From Macrostomum lignano (taxonomy: Eukaryota): a DNA stretch of 64,000 bases. The notes below the pieces were generated by a model that ran no database searches, had not been told where the DNA came from, and saw only the letters and a program-made list of their open reading frames with translations. A program made the translations under genes and the position numbers. How positions within the stretch are numbered: the stretch's first letter is position 1; every line of letters starts with the position of its first letter. Of this stretch, positions 1 through 10,413 are shown piece by piece. The stretch is taken from positions 682,001-746,000 of the forward strand of contig NIVC01000150.1 of assembly GCA_002269645.1 (NCBI GenBank), given 5' to 3'.

Positions 1-77
1 AAATGCCAATTCTAGGCCCTAACATATATATGTATGTGCATAGAATATAATTTTAAGATGAAATCTGAATTAACAAA

Positions 78-335
78 GCTAAGATGTTGAGGCTTACTAA
101 AGTAATTACTAAGATGTCAAGGCTTATTGGAGGAATATTGCTAAGATGTTGAAGCATACTGAGAGAATTGCTAAGTGTCAAAGCGGCTATCCTATAGTTT
201 CGCACGTTTAATTATAACCCCTACCCCCCTACCACCCTTGAATAGAGGGCGAAATAATTCCATAAAAAAATTTAACGTGCGAAACTACAGGATAGCCATC
301 AAAGCTTATTGGGGGAATTGTCAAAATATCTAGAT
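78..335. repeat. Degenerate ~30-bp tandem repeat (CTAAGATGTCAAGGCTTATTGGAGGAATTG-like), interrupted by a MITE
   Basis: CTAAGATGT...GCTTA(C/T)T...AATT recurs about 4-5 times, and the pattern resumes after 297. Confidence 0.5.
185..297. mobile_element. 113-bp MITE with ~24-bp TIRs and an 8-bp TSD-like flank (Merlin-like termini)
   Basis: Left GGCTATCCTATAGTTTCGCACGTT (185-208); right AACGTGCGAAACTACAGGATAGCC (274-297). Flanks GTCAAAGC (177-184) and ATCAAAGC (298-305) match 7/8. The superfamily is inferred from GG..CC ends plus the 8-bp TSD. Confidence 0.7.
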
Positions 336-574
336 TCTAGGCTGAGAGGTCAGAAGCTACATATAGTTTATCAAAAAGTATTATTCTAACAATTTTACTT
401 GAATAAAGTGATTTATTAAACTGAAATAGATGTTTTTCGGAAAATAGGCTTTTATTTTACGGAGTTACTTATATAGGCACGGCGGCCGTGTTTTTATAAT
501 ATTTGAGCTTAATGGGTATGGCAATAATCATCAATATAAAACGCGTGTTCTATAGGGCTTTCTTACAAGCAATT

Positions 575-634
575 GGTGGCTCAGTGGATATTTCAATTGC
601 CTTGTGATTTTAAGTAGCAGGGGTTCAAATCCCC
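575..634 (+). mobile_element. tRNA-derived SINE head or tRNA pseudogene
   Basis: Box A TGGCTCAGTGG (577-587), box B GGTTCAAATCC (622-632) within a GGGG..CCCC T-stem; no intact cloverleaf. Confidence 0.5.
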
Positions 635-641
635 AATGTTT

Positions 642-911
642 GGAGATTTTTAACTTGAAATTTTTTAGCAAATAGAATTTTTTTTGCCTTGAATTTTTCC
701 AGGTTTTTAAATAAACTAAAATAATAAATTAAAATAAATTAAATTAATTATTTTAATAAGAGTAACACTTAATCTTAAAGTGCAGCCTATATATATCAAA
801 AGAATATTTCTTTTTCATATATAATTGTGGCTGCACTTTTTTAAGATTTCGTGTTACTCTTAAAAATTTAATTTAATTTAATTTTTAAAAACTTTCAAGT
901 TAAAATACTCC
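642..911. mobile_element. AT-rich fold-back/MITE-like inverted repeat
   Basis: Outer arms GGAGATTTTTAACTTGAAA (642-660) / TTTCAAGTTAAAATACTCC (893-911); inner arms AGAGTAACAC..AATCTTAAAGTGCAGCC (759-787) / GGCTGCACTTTT..AAGATT..GTGTTACTCT (830-860). Confidence 0.6.
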
Positions 912-949
912 CCGACAACTTTTCTCTTTTTTTCATCTGATTGATAATT

Positions 950-1300
950 GTATATATGGCAGCCATGCCTTTAAGCTCCAATATTAGAGACACGGCCACC
1001 CACCATGCCTCTAAGTATGAACCCAGTCAATATTAATGACATGGCCACCCACCGTGTCTTTAAGTGTAAACCCATTCTATATTAACATGGCTGCTGTGCA
1101 AGTTTTATTAACACAGCAACTATGTCTCTAATAGTGACTAGGTCCATACTTATAGACACGGCAGCCATGTCTATAATGCAAAAACTTAGAGACACAACGG
1201 CCATGTCTATAAGTACATGTATAGACCTAGTCACTATTAGAGACACAGCTGCCATGTCTATAAGTTTTTGCATTATAGACACGGTTGCCATGTCTCTAAA
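950..1300. repeat. Array of 27-bp palindromic sites (TTAKAGACA-N9-TGTCTMTAA) separated by short spacers
   Basis: Clear sites at 1150-1176, 1186-1212, 1237-1263 and 1273-1299; degenerate sites near 984, 1033 and 1108. See findings. Confidence 0.75.
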
Positions 1301-1574
1301 TGTGGCATTTATTTTAAAGGATACTTCTAAATAGTTTTTATACTTTGCTTATTGGGCATCCCAAAAAGGGCACCAGATTGCTAGTTTAATGAATATAAAT
1401 AAGACTAGTATAAAAGGAAACATTATTTAATGACATGTTTTATGTTGCTTATCACTAGTTTAATTAGTATTTTGTTAAAAAAATTAATAAATTTACATTG
1501 GTATTAATGTATCTAAAATATTTATATTAATTGTTAAATATTTACTATGACAAAAGCAATTTAGAAGCCAACTA

Positions 1575-3154
1575 CAAGGGGTATCCCAGAAATAGTGTCA
1601 CTTTTGCTTGCTTTAACAAGTATTAATGTGTGTTTAAAAAATCATATGCCTTAAAAGTTAGGGGCTTATTTTAGCTTTCATGCCACAAAAGTCCAATTTT
1701 TATAAGTGCTTCCTGCTGTAAGCAGCATGCATTTTTTTGCATACCCTTAGGCTCATTCCATATAAGATAGACATATTTGGAAAATAGAAAAAAGTCAATA
1801 TTTTTGCTTGCCATTGCCTAATTAGCCTATTTTTTTACCAAATGTTTATATTGTGCAATATATACAATCTAAGAATAAAGGAATGGTAAAATGTTGGATT
1901 AGTATGTTATCAATTGGCAAAAAGTCATTTTTGTAAAAATTTGGACATTTTTCAAAGCAAAAGACATCATTAAGATTTTGTACCTTTTAAAAACAAATAG
2001 AAAGCTTTTGAAGGTTGAAACAAACTATAGATAAAAGTATAGTACTTGCATCATCAGATAAAAGCATTGGTGACCAAATAATCTATTATATTTTTAATGT
2101 ATTAGTACCTCAAAGTTACTGAATTGACAGAAAAAAATATGTTACGACCATAATGTTACGACCATAAGGCTGCCTTTTCTTTTGTATCTTTGTTGCCTTT
2201 TGAGTTTATATATTCTAATAAAAGAGTATGATTTCTAAAGATGTTCTTAGTCAAATTTTAAAAATGTATTGCAAAATATCAAAAATGAAAAATGTTATAA
2301 GACTTTTACCTTTTAGTTTCTATATGTCAAAAATCCTGTCGTTACGACCATAAGTGTCATTTAAGGTTTAATAGCATCTATACTAATGATGATATCTATA
2401 TGAAACTCTATAAATATATTCTAGACAAAATAATCTTTCATTTAAAATATTGGTTTAGTATATTCTATTATTAGATTTCATTTTATAAGTAAAAATAACC
2501 TGTCATGTTACGACCATGCTTATATGGAATGAGCCCTTAGCCATAGAAATACATACCGCATAGTGCTTCTATGCTCACTCAGAAGAAAGCCACAAGTAGA
2601 GCTGATCAAGCACAGAGTTGCAAGAAAGCAGCTATAGGATCTGTTCTAGTCATGGACCCTAACTTTCACTTTACAGAAAGGCAGAGATACCAATTTTTTA
2701 TTCTTTGGAATCTTAGTCAGAAATGCTCTGATATTCACAAAAACCTGACCCACATTTGTGGTCCTAACTCCTGATGCCATCAGTTGGCAACAGTTTACAG
2801 GTGGATCAAACAGTGCGAGGCGGCTAGCAGTGTGTTACCAACTTATCCAAAAGTTAGGGTCCATGATTGGAACAAATCTTGCAGCTGCTGTCTTGCAACT
2901 CTGTGCTTGATCAGCTCTAATTGTGGCTTTTTTCTGAGTGAGCATAGAAGCACTATGCGGTGCGTATTTCTATGGCCAAAGGTACATGTATATGAACAAA
3001 TGCATGCTGCTTATAGCAGGAAGCACTTGTAAAAATCAGACTTTTGTGGCATGAAAGCTAAAATAAGCTGCTAACCTTTAAGTCATATGATTTTTTAACA
3101 CATTAATATTTGTGGAAGCAAGCAAAAGTGACACTTCTTCTGGGACACCCCTTG
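1575..3154 (+). mobile_element. Non-autonomous Tc1/mariner fold-back element with ~300-bp TIRs and a transposase HTH remnant (contains a nested MITE)
   Basis: TA|CAAGGGGTATCCCAGAA at 1575 and TTCTGGGACACCCCTTG|TA at 3154. Segments 1575-1745 plus 2541-2662 are the reverse complement of 2851-3154. The loop encodes MDPNF..QRYQFFILWNLSQKCSDIHKNLTHICG..ATVYRWIKQ, a mariner-type N-terminal HTH, with a stop. Confidence 0.8.
1750..2536. mobile_element. PIF/Harbinger-like MITE nested in the fold-back mariner derivative
   Basis: TIR GGCTCATTCCATATAAG (1750-1766) / CTTATATGGAATGAGCC (2519-2535); TTA on both sides in a C-TTA-G context; repeated internal motif GTTACGACCAT (2142, 2154, 2341, 2507). Confidence 0.7.
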
Positions 3155-4303
3155 TATTGTATATTGCAAAGGCAAGAGAAAAAATAAGAAAGAGAAAAAT
3201 GGAAATGTAGGGTTGGAACTTCAATAGAAGATTCTCTAGAATGCATTAATATTATATAATTGCAGCTGTTTTTTTCAGAGTTGTTTATAGTTTTATAGCA
3301 TTGTAATAATTTTTAACTAGCAATTGCTGTAGCATTTAAGAATAATGATAAAATAATTGTTAAGCTCATGATTGGCATAGTTGGCACAAGCCATAAGATA
3401 GTGACATTGAATGATTTGGTTATACTGGAGGTAATATTAGGTACCATTTGCAAAAATCTTAACTTCATTAATGGCAAAAGCATTATCTTTAGTTGTCTTA
3501 GTATTTAACTATTAGTCCTTAGGTGCTACCTAGATTAGAGGGTCATGGCCTTTTTAATATTGTATGCTGTGTATTCTGTGTATCAATAGTATATTTGGAA
3601 GTATGATTTCCTTTTACTTCTTGGTTTGATAAATTCATTGTCTTTGAGATTTTTAAGTATTTGAAAATAGTTGAAAAAACATTAAAAGAAAATATAAAAA
3701 CTTGATATTATTATAGCAAAAATTATCAACAAAACTATTAATATTATTGTTAGTAGCACTTGCAAATTTAGTCTATGAATTAACTTATTTATAACCTATT
3801 ATGATATCTAATATACATCATATCTCATATAATATCTCATCTTGTTGTACTAGTTTTGAACCTTGCTACAAGCTAGTTTACTTTACTTCTATAAATATGA
3901 TTTTAAAGCACCTTCAGATTTTGCTTCAAATGAATAATACTTAATGTTATTATAGTTTTAACATATCTTTTAATTTCTTATTAAGGTATGGTGATATACA
4001 TACATGTGCAACAGTTGGCCAAGTTGGCCGATCTGGCCGACCAATTTGGCAGCCAACCAAGGTAAGTCGCAAAAATGCCCACCCAAATAAATACCCAAGT
4101 AGTACTAAGTAGATAACAAGGCATTTAGCCTTAATAAGACAGTCATAGTTACTTCTGCCATTTACCCAAAGTTGTGTTAATTCTGCTTTAGGGATTCTTT
4201 TACATGTAAGTCACATTTTTGGCCAAAAACTACATCACATTTTTGTTAAAACTAAGTTGCACAGCCAACCAAATTTTGGAGATTGCGCATGTATGGTGAT
4301 ATA

Positions 4304-5615
4304 CGAGGGTTGTGTCATAAATTTGCTGACAACTGCAAATATCAAAGAAACAAAACAAAGAACAGCTAATTGTCAACATTGCACTTCTCAACATAGTCAC
4401 CCCCAAGCTGCACACATTTGTGCCATCTCTCTGGCAGCTTGCTGATGCCCTGGGCGAAGAATTCCGTGGGGGTCCCTCGTACCCACTGGCTGATGGCCAA
4501 GCTGAGTGCAGAAAGGCTTCCATAGCGATGGCCACAAAGAGGCTCTTTCATTTTAGGGAACAACCAGTAGTCACTAGGGGCCAGGTCAGGAGAATAGGCA
4601 GGGTGAGGCAGCAACTCGAAGCCTAGTCTCCTGATGACATCCATAGTTGCATTGCAGGTATGCGGCCTGGCGTTGTCCTGCTGCAGCACAGTGCCCCTGG
4701 TGATCCTTCCCCGGCGCTCACTCTTGATCTTCTCACGCAGCCGTTCCAATATTTCACAGTAGTACTGGGCATTGATGGTTCTGCCTTCAGGTAGCCACTC
4801 GATCAGCAAGATGCCTTCTCTGTCCCAGAACACGGTGGCCATGCGCTTACCTGCTGACTGCACCGCCTTGGCCTTGACCAGTGGGGGTTCGTGAGTAGCC
4901 TTCCAGACGCTGCTCTGCTGTTTTGTTTCCGGTTCGTAGAAGTGAAACCACGTTTCATCACCAGTCACCAGGCGGCCAAGAAAGTTGGGCTCGTTTTGAT
5001 AGGCGTTGAGCAGGTGGCGGCACATCTGGACCCTTTCTTGCAGTTGGACAGGAGTCAGCAGTTTAGGGACCCATCGTGCAACAACTCGTGTCATATGCAG
5101 ATGGTCGGAGATAATGCGATGAATGCTCTTCATTGGTATCGCCAACAAGTCCTCTAACTGCCTCAGGGTTGCTCCACGATCATTGTCCAGGGCATGCTGC
5201 ACACGCTGGATGTTTTCACTGGAAGTGGATGACCGCGGTGCACCTGGGCGGGGAACATCATCAACTGTCTCCCAGCCGTCCTCAAAGCGCTGCACTCACT
5301 TTGACACAGTTTGTTTCGAAGGTGCATCCTCACCAAAGATTTGTAGCAGCTCGCAGTAAATATCAGCCTGCTTCTTCTGCTGCTTCCACAACGACCAAAT
5401 GACAATGCGCTTGGCAGCTTCACTTTTCTCCATACTGGCTAGAAGGGTGGTTTGAATGCCACTCGATTTCTGCCTTATCTCAAAAGCCAGAGGGAAGATT
5501 TTCCATAGAAAATAAGATCAATGGTGCCTTAGTCTGTAACAAAAAATTCTGCCCCAAAGTACAAAAGAAACAGACACTATGTAAGTTTGTCAGCGAATTT
5601 ATGACACAACCCTCG
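4304..5615 (-). mobile_element. Full-length mariner DNA transposon (1312 bp)
   Basis: TA|CGAGGGTTGTGTCATAAATTTGCTGACAA and TTGTCAGCGAATTTATGACACAACCCTCG|TA; ~29-bp TIRs; TA TSD. Confidence 0.95.
4366..5433 (-). pseudogene. Mariner DD34D transposase, 355 codons, with a single premature TGA at codon 46
   Basis: True ATG at 5433 (MEKSEAAKRIVIWSLW...TVSK*VQRF); TGA at 5298-5296 where W is expected. Motifs WVPKLLT, VTGDETW, QQDNARPH, YSPDLAPSD are intact. Confidence 0.9.
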
Positions 5616-5829
5616 TATATATATATATAGTCTTATTTTCCATCTTGTCTATCATTTTAGTGCTAATTATTAACTGATAACACATTTGTATAGAAATGAA
5701 ATTCATGTGTAAGAAGCATTATTTTTATTCTTTCCTACTTGTCAGTAGCACACATAGCATATTTACCCCAGCAAAGATAAATGTCCAACTTTCTATTCAA
5801 CTGAGTAGCTTATTAGGTAAGCTTGGGGT

Positions 5830-7770
5830 TTTTATAATCTTTTATCTATATTGGGTTTATTAGGATGGTCGCTTGCCCAGTAGCCCTTAGGCAGTGCAGA
5901 TAAGCCGTCAGAAATTCTCAAGCCTGAAAATTTCAGAGAGATCAAAGTTTGGGGCCAGGTAGGTGGGCCTGCCCTAAGTAAATGCGTGGCATTCAAAGAT
6001 ATAATGTAAAGATATAATGCTCCGCATTCTCAACACTGAAGAGGTAGAATGGGCATTCCTCACTTCAGATTTCTCCCTGGAGGTGACAATGCTTCTAGCC
6101 ATGTCCTGAGAAGGCCATGGTTACCGCCTTGATGTCCCTGCGGTTGAATCCAAGCAGGGCCCTGCGGAGGGTGGGGGAAGGACATGAGACGGCGGGATTT
6201 CTGGCAGTTGTGGTGTTAGTCTACCTCTCCCTGTGCTTTGAAGCCAACCACTGGTTGATCCGAGTGGTGAAAACGGCGGTTGGGTTGGGAGCCACATGTA
6301 GAGGGTCAGTAAAAGATCCGGTTGAGCCAGGCAATCGGCCAAATCGTTTTTGGAGTGGCCCGAGTGCTCGGGGATCCACCTCCAGCTTAGAGACGCCTTG
6401 TTGGAGGTGCCTAAGCGATTTTTCTGCGCGATGCGGTCGAGGACGCTTAAGGGTGTGGATCACCGCTTGATTGTCTGAGTGAAGACTGATTTTCCCCCAG
6501 ACTCGCTGATTGTACAACTCTATGGCACAGAAGCTGATGGATTGAACTTCGTTCTTTCTCTGCCACAGTTCTTCCTCCAGACACGATTCAGTAGCCGTAG
6601 TCAGAGGCGGAGTTGATTTGGGACCTGTCAGTGACGCAGTGAATTTCACGGGGTTTCTGGTTGTCCCTTGCTTCGTGATCTGGTGGAAGTAGATATGGTG
6701 TGGTTTTGAATTTAAGCGGAGGGCAGAGCGCGTAGACGGGATTCCGTCCGAGAGGGTCAGCAAGCCTCCTGCTGCTTCCAGGTCTCGCAGGCTGAGGTTG
6801 CTGTGCGTCTGGAGGTTCCGCTTTATGAAAGCAACTGCTTCTTGATGGAGATGCCCGCAGACGACCGGTGATCTTCATTGCTTCCCCTCCGACAAAGAGG
6901 TCAAGAATGGAAGGTCCAGGAAGGAGTTCATACCAGCAAAGGGAGTGGAAGGACTAAGGAGTCGCGCTCATGATGGCTCGACAAGCGTGGCTTTTGCACC
7001 CTCTCGAGAGCTTCAAGAAGCCCTTTCACCTCCAGGGCGCTATTTCAAATGAAACCGACAAACGAGATGGGCAGTCTCACAATGACAGAGGCGGCGAGGG
7101 TGAGGCCCTGCCAGCACCGAAAGCTCTGCGAATCTGCGCAAGAGTCGCGAGAGCTTTACGGACTTTGGTTTGAAAATGTGGAGTCCAACTCAACCTATGG
7201 TCAAGGCTCAAAGGCTGATGCCTAGGCATTTGGTTTGTTTCTCCATGGTGACAGGTTTGCCATAGAAGGACAGCAGTTCGATTCTCCAGTTTCGGCGGCT
7301 GATAAATGACAACCAAGATTTTAGACTCAGAGAGCTTGAGACAGCAGCTGTGAGCCCAGCGTTTGGCAAGGCGTATGAGAGCTTGAAGGGGGTCTCATAG
7401 GACCGCAGGTGATTGTCCAGCGACAGTAGCGGTAACTTCGCCCGCATAACCGACCTTCTGTACTGGATCTATATTTCGGCTGATGAGCAGCAGCTCGTCC
7501 ATGACCAAGTTCCAAAGAATCGGGCTGAGGACTCCACCTTGCGGTCCACCTGTCTGGACTTCCACAGAGCGGGGAGTGTCCGAGGAGGGGCGAGGTGGCG
7601 GCAGTCCGATTGCTGACCATGTACATGATCCGGCGGATGAGGTGCTCGTGCGTGGCCTAGGATTCCAGGGTACGCTTGAAGGCTTCTCAAAACACATTAT
7701 CGAAGGCACCGCCATCGATGTCGCGAAAAACCGAGGGCGCGTATTCACTGCCTAGCACGGCGCGCTCCAG
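5830..7770 (-). mobile_element. 5'-truncated, frameshifted non-LTR retrotransposon (RT + RNase H; R1/Loa/I-group-like)
   Basis: Fragments GPQGGVLSPILWNLVMDELL, GYAGE (degenerate YADD), KCLGISLDHRLSWTPH..KVRKALATL and RNase H-like ISLHSDNQAVI, spread over several frames. Boundaries are approximate. Confidence 0.8.
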
Positions 7771-9045
7771 CTTGTTGACAGTGGCGTGCTATTATTTATT
7801 ATTTGATTTATAAGGTCATAATCACTCTGGAATGCTGCTGACTCGTCCAGCTTTATTATTCTTGAGTCTTCTCACCTAAGTTGCGGCTTCTTGCGTTCTA
7901 TTTTATTTACATTGAACTTTTCTTATCTTGTGGACTCTTGCGACCGCTGAAAATACCTTTTTCGCTGACTAACGTACCCGAAGTCGGCACTCGCCAATCA
8001 GATAAGGCTCTTGTTACCTGTCCGCGCTGCAGCAGATTATCGTCACACTTAGAGCTGCTGCCTGCTACTGGGACTAGAGCTAATTAGCACCAGAAAGAAT
8101 GCTTACTCATGTTTTGATAACAGGCGCCTGTGGGTAAAGCTCAGTTGTTTGTCTTCCATCGCTTTTAAGCACAGAATATTCTGTGCTTTTAAGCCCTTTT
8201 CTCTGCATTACTGACAAGGCCTGCGTGATAGCAGGTTGCACTTGCTTAGAACCTCTTCCGCGTGCGCTGAATAGCATTGAGGGCGTTCCCTGTATGCTTA
8301 CGCCTCTAAATTTAGATTGAACCAAGCTTTAATACCCTATTTTTAAGCGAAAGCTTTCTTTAAAATTTCAAGGTAAGTATGAGCGTAGTTGTTTTGTTTC
8401 AAACTAAGTCCATGCTTTTATGTTTTGTTGCATGCTTTGAGATTTCTCTTCCCCAGAGGTGAAATCAATTGTCAAAGAACCCCGAGCTAAAGAAATTAAG
8501 CCACAAGGCGTTGAGGATTAATAACTCCAAGCTAGAGATTAAAAGTGGAACTGAGTAAAATAGGCTTTAAAGTCTTCGCAGTAAAATACAAACGTGCAAT
8601 ACTCAAGTTCAAGTTAAAGCAGTTAGTTTTCATGAATGGGCAGGTCTAAAACGAAAAAAACTTATATTCTTGTCTATTTAAAACAATAATTTGTATATAC
8701 ACCACCGTGTTGTATCAGATAAATATTCATTTAGCGCTGATTCTGTCTGTCTGTACGATAAGTAGTCAATATTCAGTACTATAGGCAATGCCATGGTATT
8801 GGTATTTTTCATTTTGGTGCATGTGCTGGGCAGGGAAACGCAAATAATTGAAAAAGTAAAATTAACAAAACTGTGCTTATAATCTAATCGTGTTGGACAA
8901 ATACACTGAATTCCAAAATAGAATGACTGGCTATTAAATAGTGATGTCAGCTCGAAATATGTTTGCTTTTCAGTTTATGAACGCAAGGAATGTTAATCAA
9001 TGATCGAAGAGGACGCTGAACTGTCAAAGGTAAAAAGCTTGTCAA

Positions 9046-10413
9046 TCAGACTGAGGTTTTGAAATGGACGTGGCAGACGCGGTGGTTAGCGTGACACCTT
9101 GTCGTCTCGTAGCTGTGCACTTTTCTAGTCTCGCCGATCGGACTGTCTTGCAGCGGCTGCAGCTCGAGCATCTCATTAGCCCCCGATTGGCTGCTGGACA
9201 CCTGCCGGTTGCGGTTGCTAGTGCAAAGATTCTCGCCGAGGCAGACGCGTTTGTCCAGCTCGTCTCCAGGCGTCCGCTCCGCGGCGGCCCTGGGAGCCAG
9301 GTGGAACCGGTAGTGCACCGTCTTGCTGACCCGATTCCTGTTGCAGGTCAGGCAGTAGCGCATTTCTTGGCGAAACCGCTTGCCTAGCACAAAATAAAAG
9401 ATCCAATTGGTCGCGTTGTTTGTGTACATTAGTATTGCGAAAACTTGCTGTAGAATTTTTTCGATGCTTTGAGTCACCATGTTTTTGCTGATTAGATAAT
9501 CTTTTATGATGAAGCCGTAGATTAAGTGGATCTCATATGGTAGAGCAAACAGTAGGAAGCTGATGTTCATGCCGATCAGTATGAGCGAGATGCGGCGCTG
9601 CTGCAGCGTGCGCCGTCTTGCCTCGATGTGAAAGGCGCGCTTGAATTTTTGCAGACTGTAGAGAATGACCGACGTGCTAACAATCAGACACACTGATGGC
9701 AGAAACACGCGCAGCACAAATATGCTGTAGAATAGATAAGGCGATTTTCTAGTCTGGCCGCATGTCCATTGGTTATTTATCGGGGTATAGTCGACTGTTG
9801 TTATAACAATGATTATCGACACCGCCAGCGTGACTAACATTGTAGTGCAGAGGGCCCTACGCGAATTGCTGGCATTAATGTGACTGCGCGAGCTCAATGG
9901 TATTACCGTTGATATGCAGCGCAGCAGAGAGATGCCGACTTGAACCCAGCTGGAGCCGAGAAGGCCGTAGGACTGCAGTATTGAAATGATGTAGCAATTC
10001 AACTTGCTCCATGTGCGCGGGTCGTATGGTGTATATACTTGTGTAGATACCTGTTCTCCGCTGTATGTGCCATTCTCTGGCTCCGTTTTATTAAGATTTA
10101 GTGCTGTCAGCAACTGCATTATATTGGTGTACATTATAGGCAAGCCGATTGTCATCACGTAGATGTCCATGACGCTCAGCGCTATAAACCAGGATCGTAC
10201 CTCTTTCTGGGTGCTGTGCCGTCGCACTAAAACAATGATACACAGCAAAGTGCCTGTGCATCCGGCCAAGTATTGGAATGGCACCAGCCAAGAGAAGATG
10301 TATTGATAGGCAAATACCAACATTAGTTTGGCTGCCGGCTCCCGCCTCTGCGGATCCTTCGGTTTAGACAATAACATCAGCTCCGTTACGTTCTCCATGT
10401 CCGTCACGTTCAT
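9046..10413 (-). CDS. Intronless class A (rhodopsin-like) GPCR, peptide-receptor-like orphan, ~455 aa
   Basis: Seven hydrophobic segments; N-terminal NVT sequons; TM2 ALSVMD; ECL1 W and TM3 C; TM3 end SLLRC; TM6 FLLFALP; TM7 TNNATNWIFY; helix 8 GKRFRQE. First ATG at 10413 (the ORF track starts at an upstream GTG). Confidence 0.9.
   Translation of the reverse strand: MNVTDMENVTELMLLSKPKDPQRREPAAKLMLVFAYQYIFSWLVPFQYLAGCTGTLLCIIVLVRRHSTQKEVRSWFIALSVMDIYVMTIGLPIMYTNIMQLLTALNLNKTEPENGTYSGEQVSTQVYTPYDPRTWSKLNCYIISILQSYGLLGSSWVQVGISLLRCISTVIPLSSRSHINASNSRRALCTTMLVTLAVSIIIVITTVDYTPINNQWTCGQTRKSPYLFYSIFVLRVFLPSVCLIVSTSVILYSLQKFKRAFHIEARRRTLQQRRISLILIGMNISFLLFALPYEIHLIYGFIIKDYLISKNMVTQSIEKILQQVFAILMYTNNATNWIFYFVLGKRFRQEMRYCLTCNRNRVSKTVHYRFHLAPRAAAERTPGDELDKRVCLGENLCTSNRNRQVSSSQSGANEMLELQPLQDSPIGETRKVHSYETTRCHANHRVCHVHFKTSV

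Noticed and set aside
950-1300. CRISPR array interpretation of the palindromic sites
   Set aside because: Spacers are 9-24 bp and are reverse complements of each other rather than unique; no leader or cas genes.
4366-5295. 309-aa transposase starting at GTG, as given in the ORF track
   Set aside because: The real start is the ATG at 5433; the GTG merely follows the premature stop, so the product would lack the first HTH.
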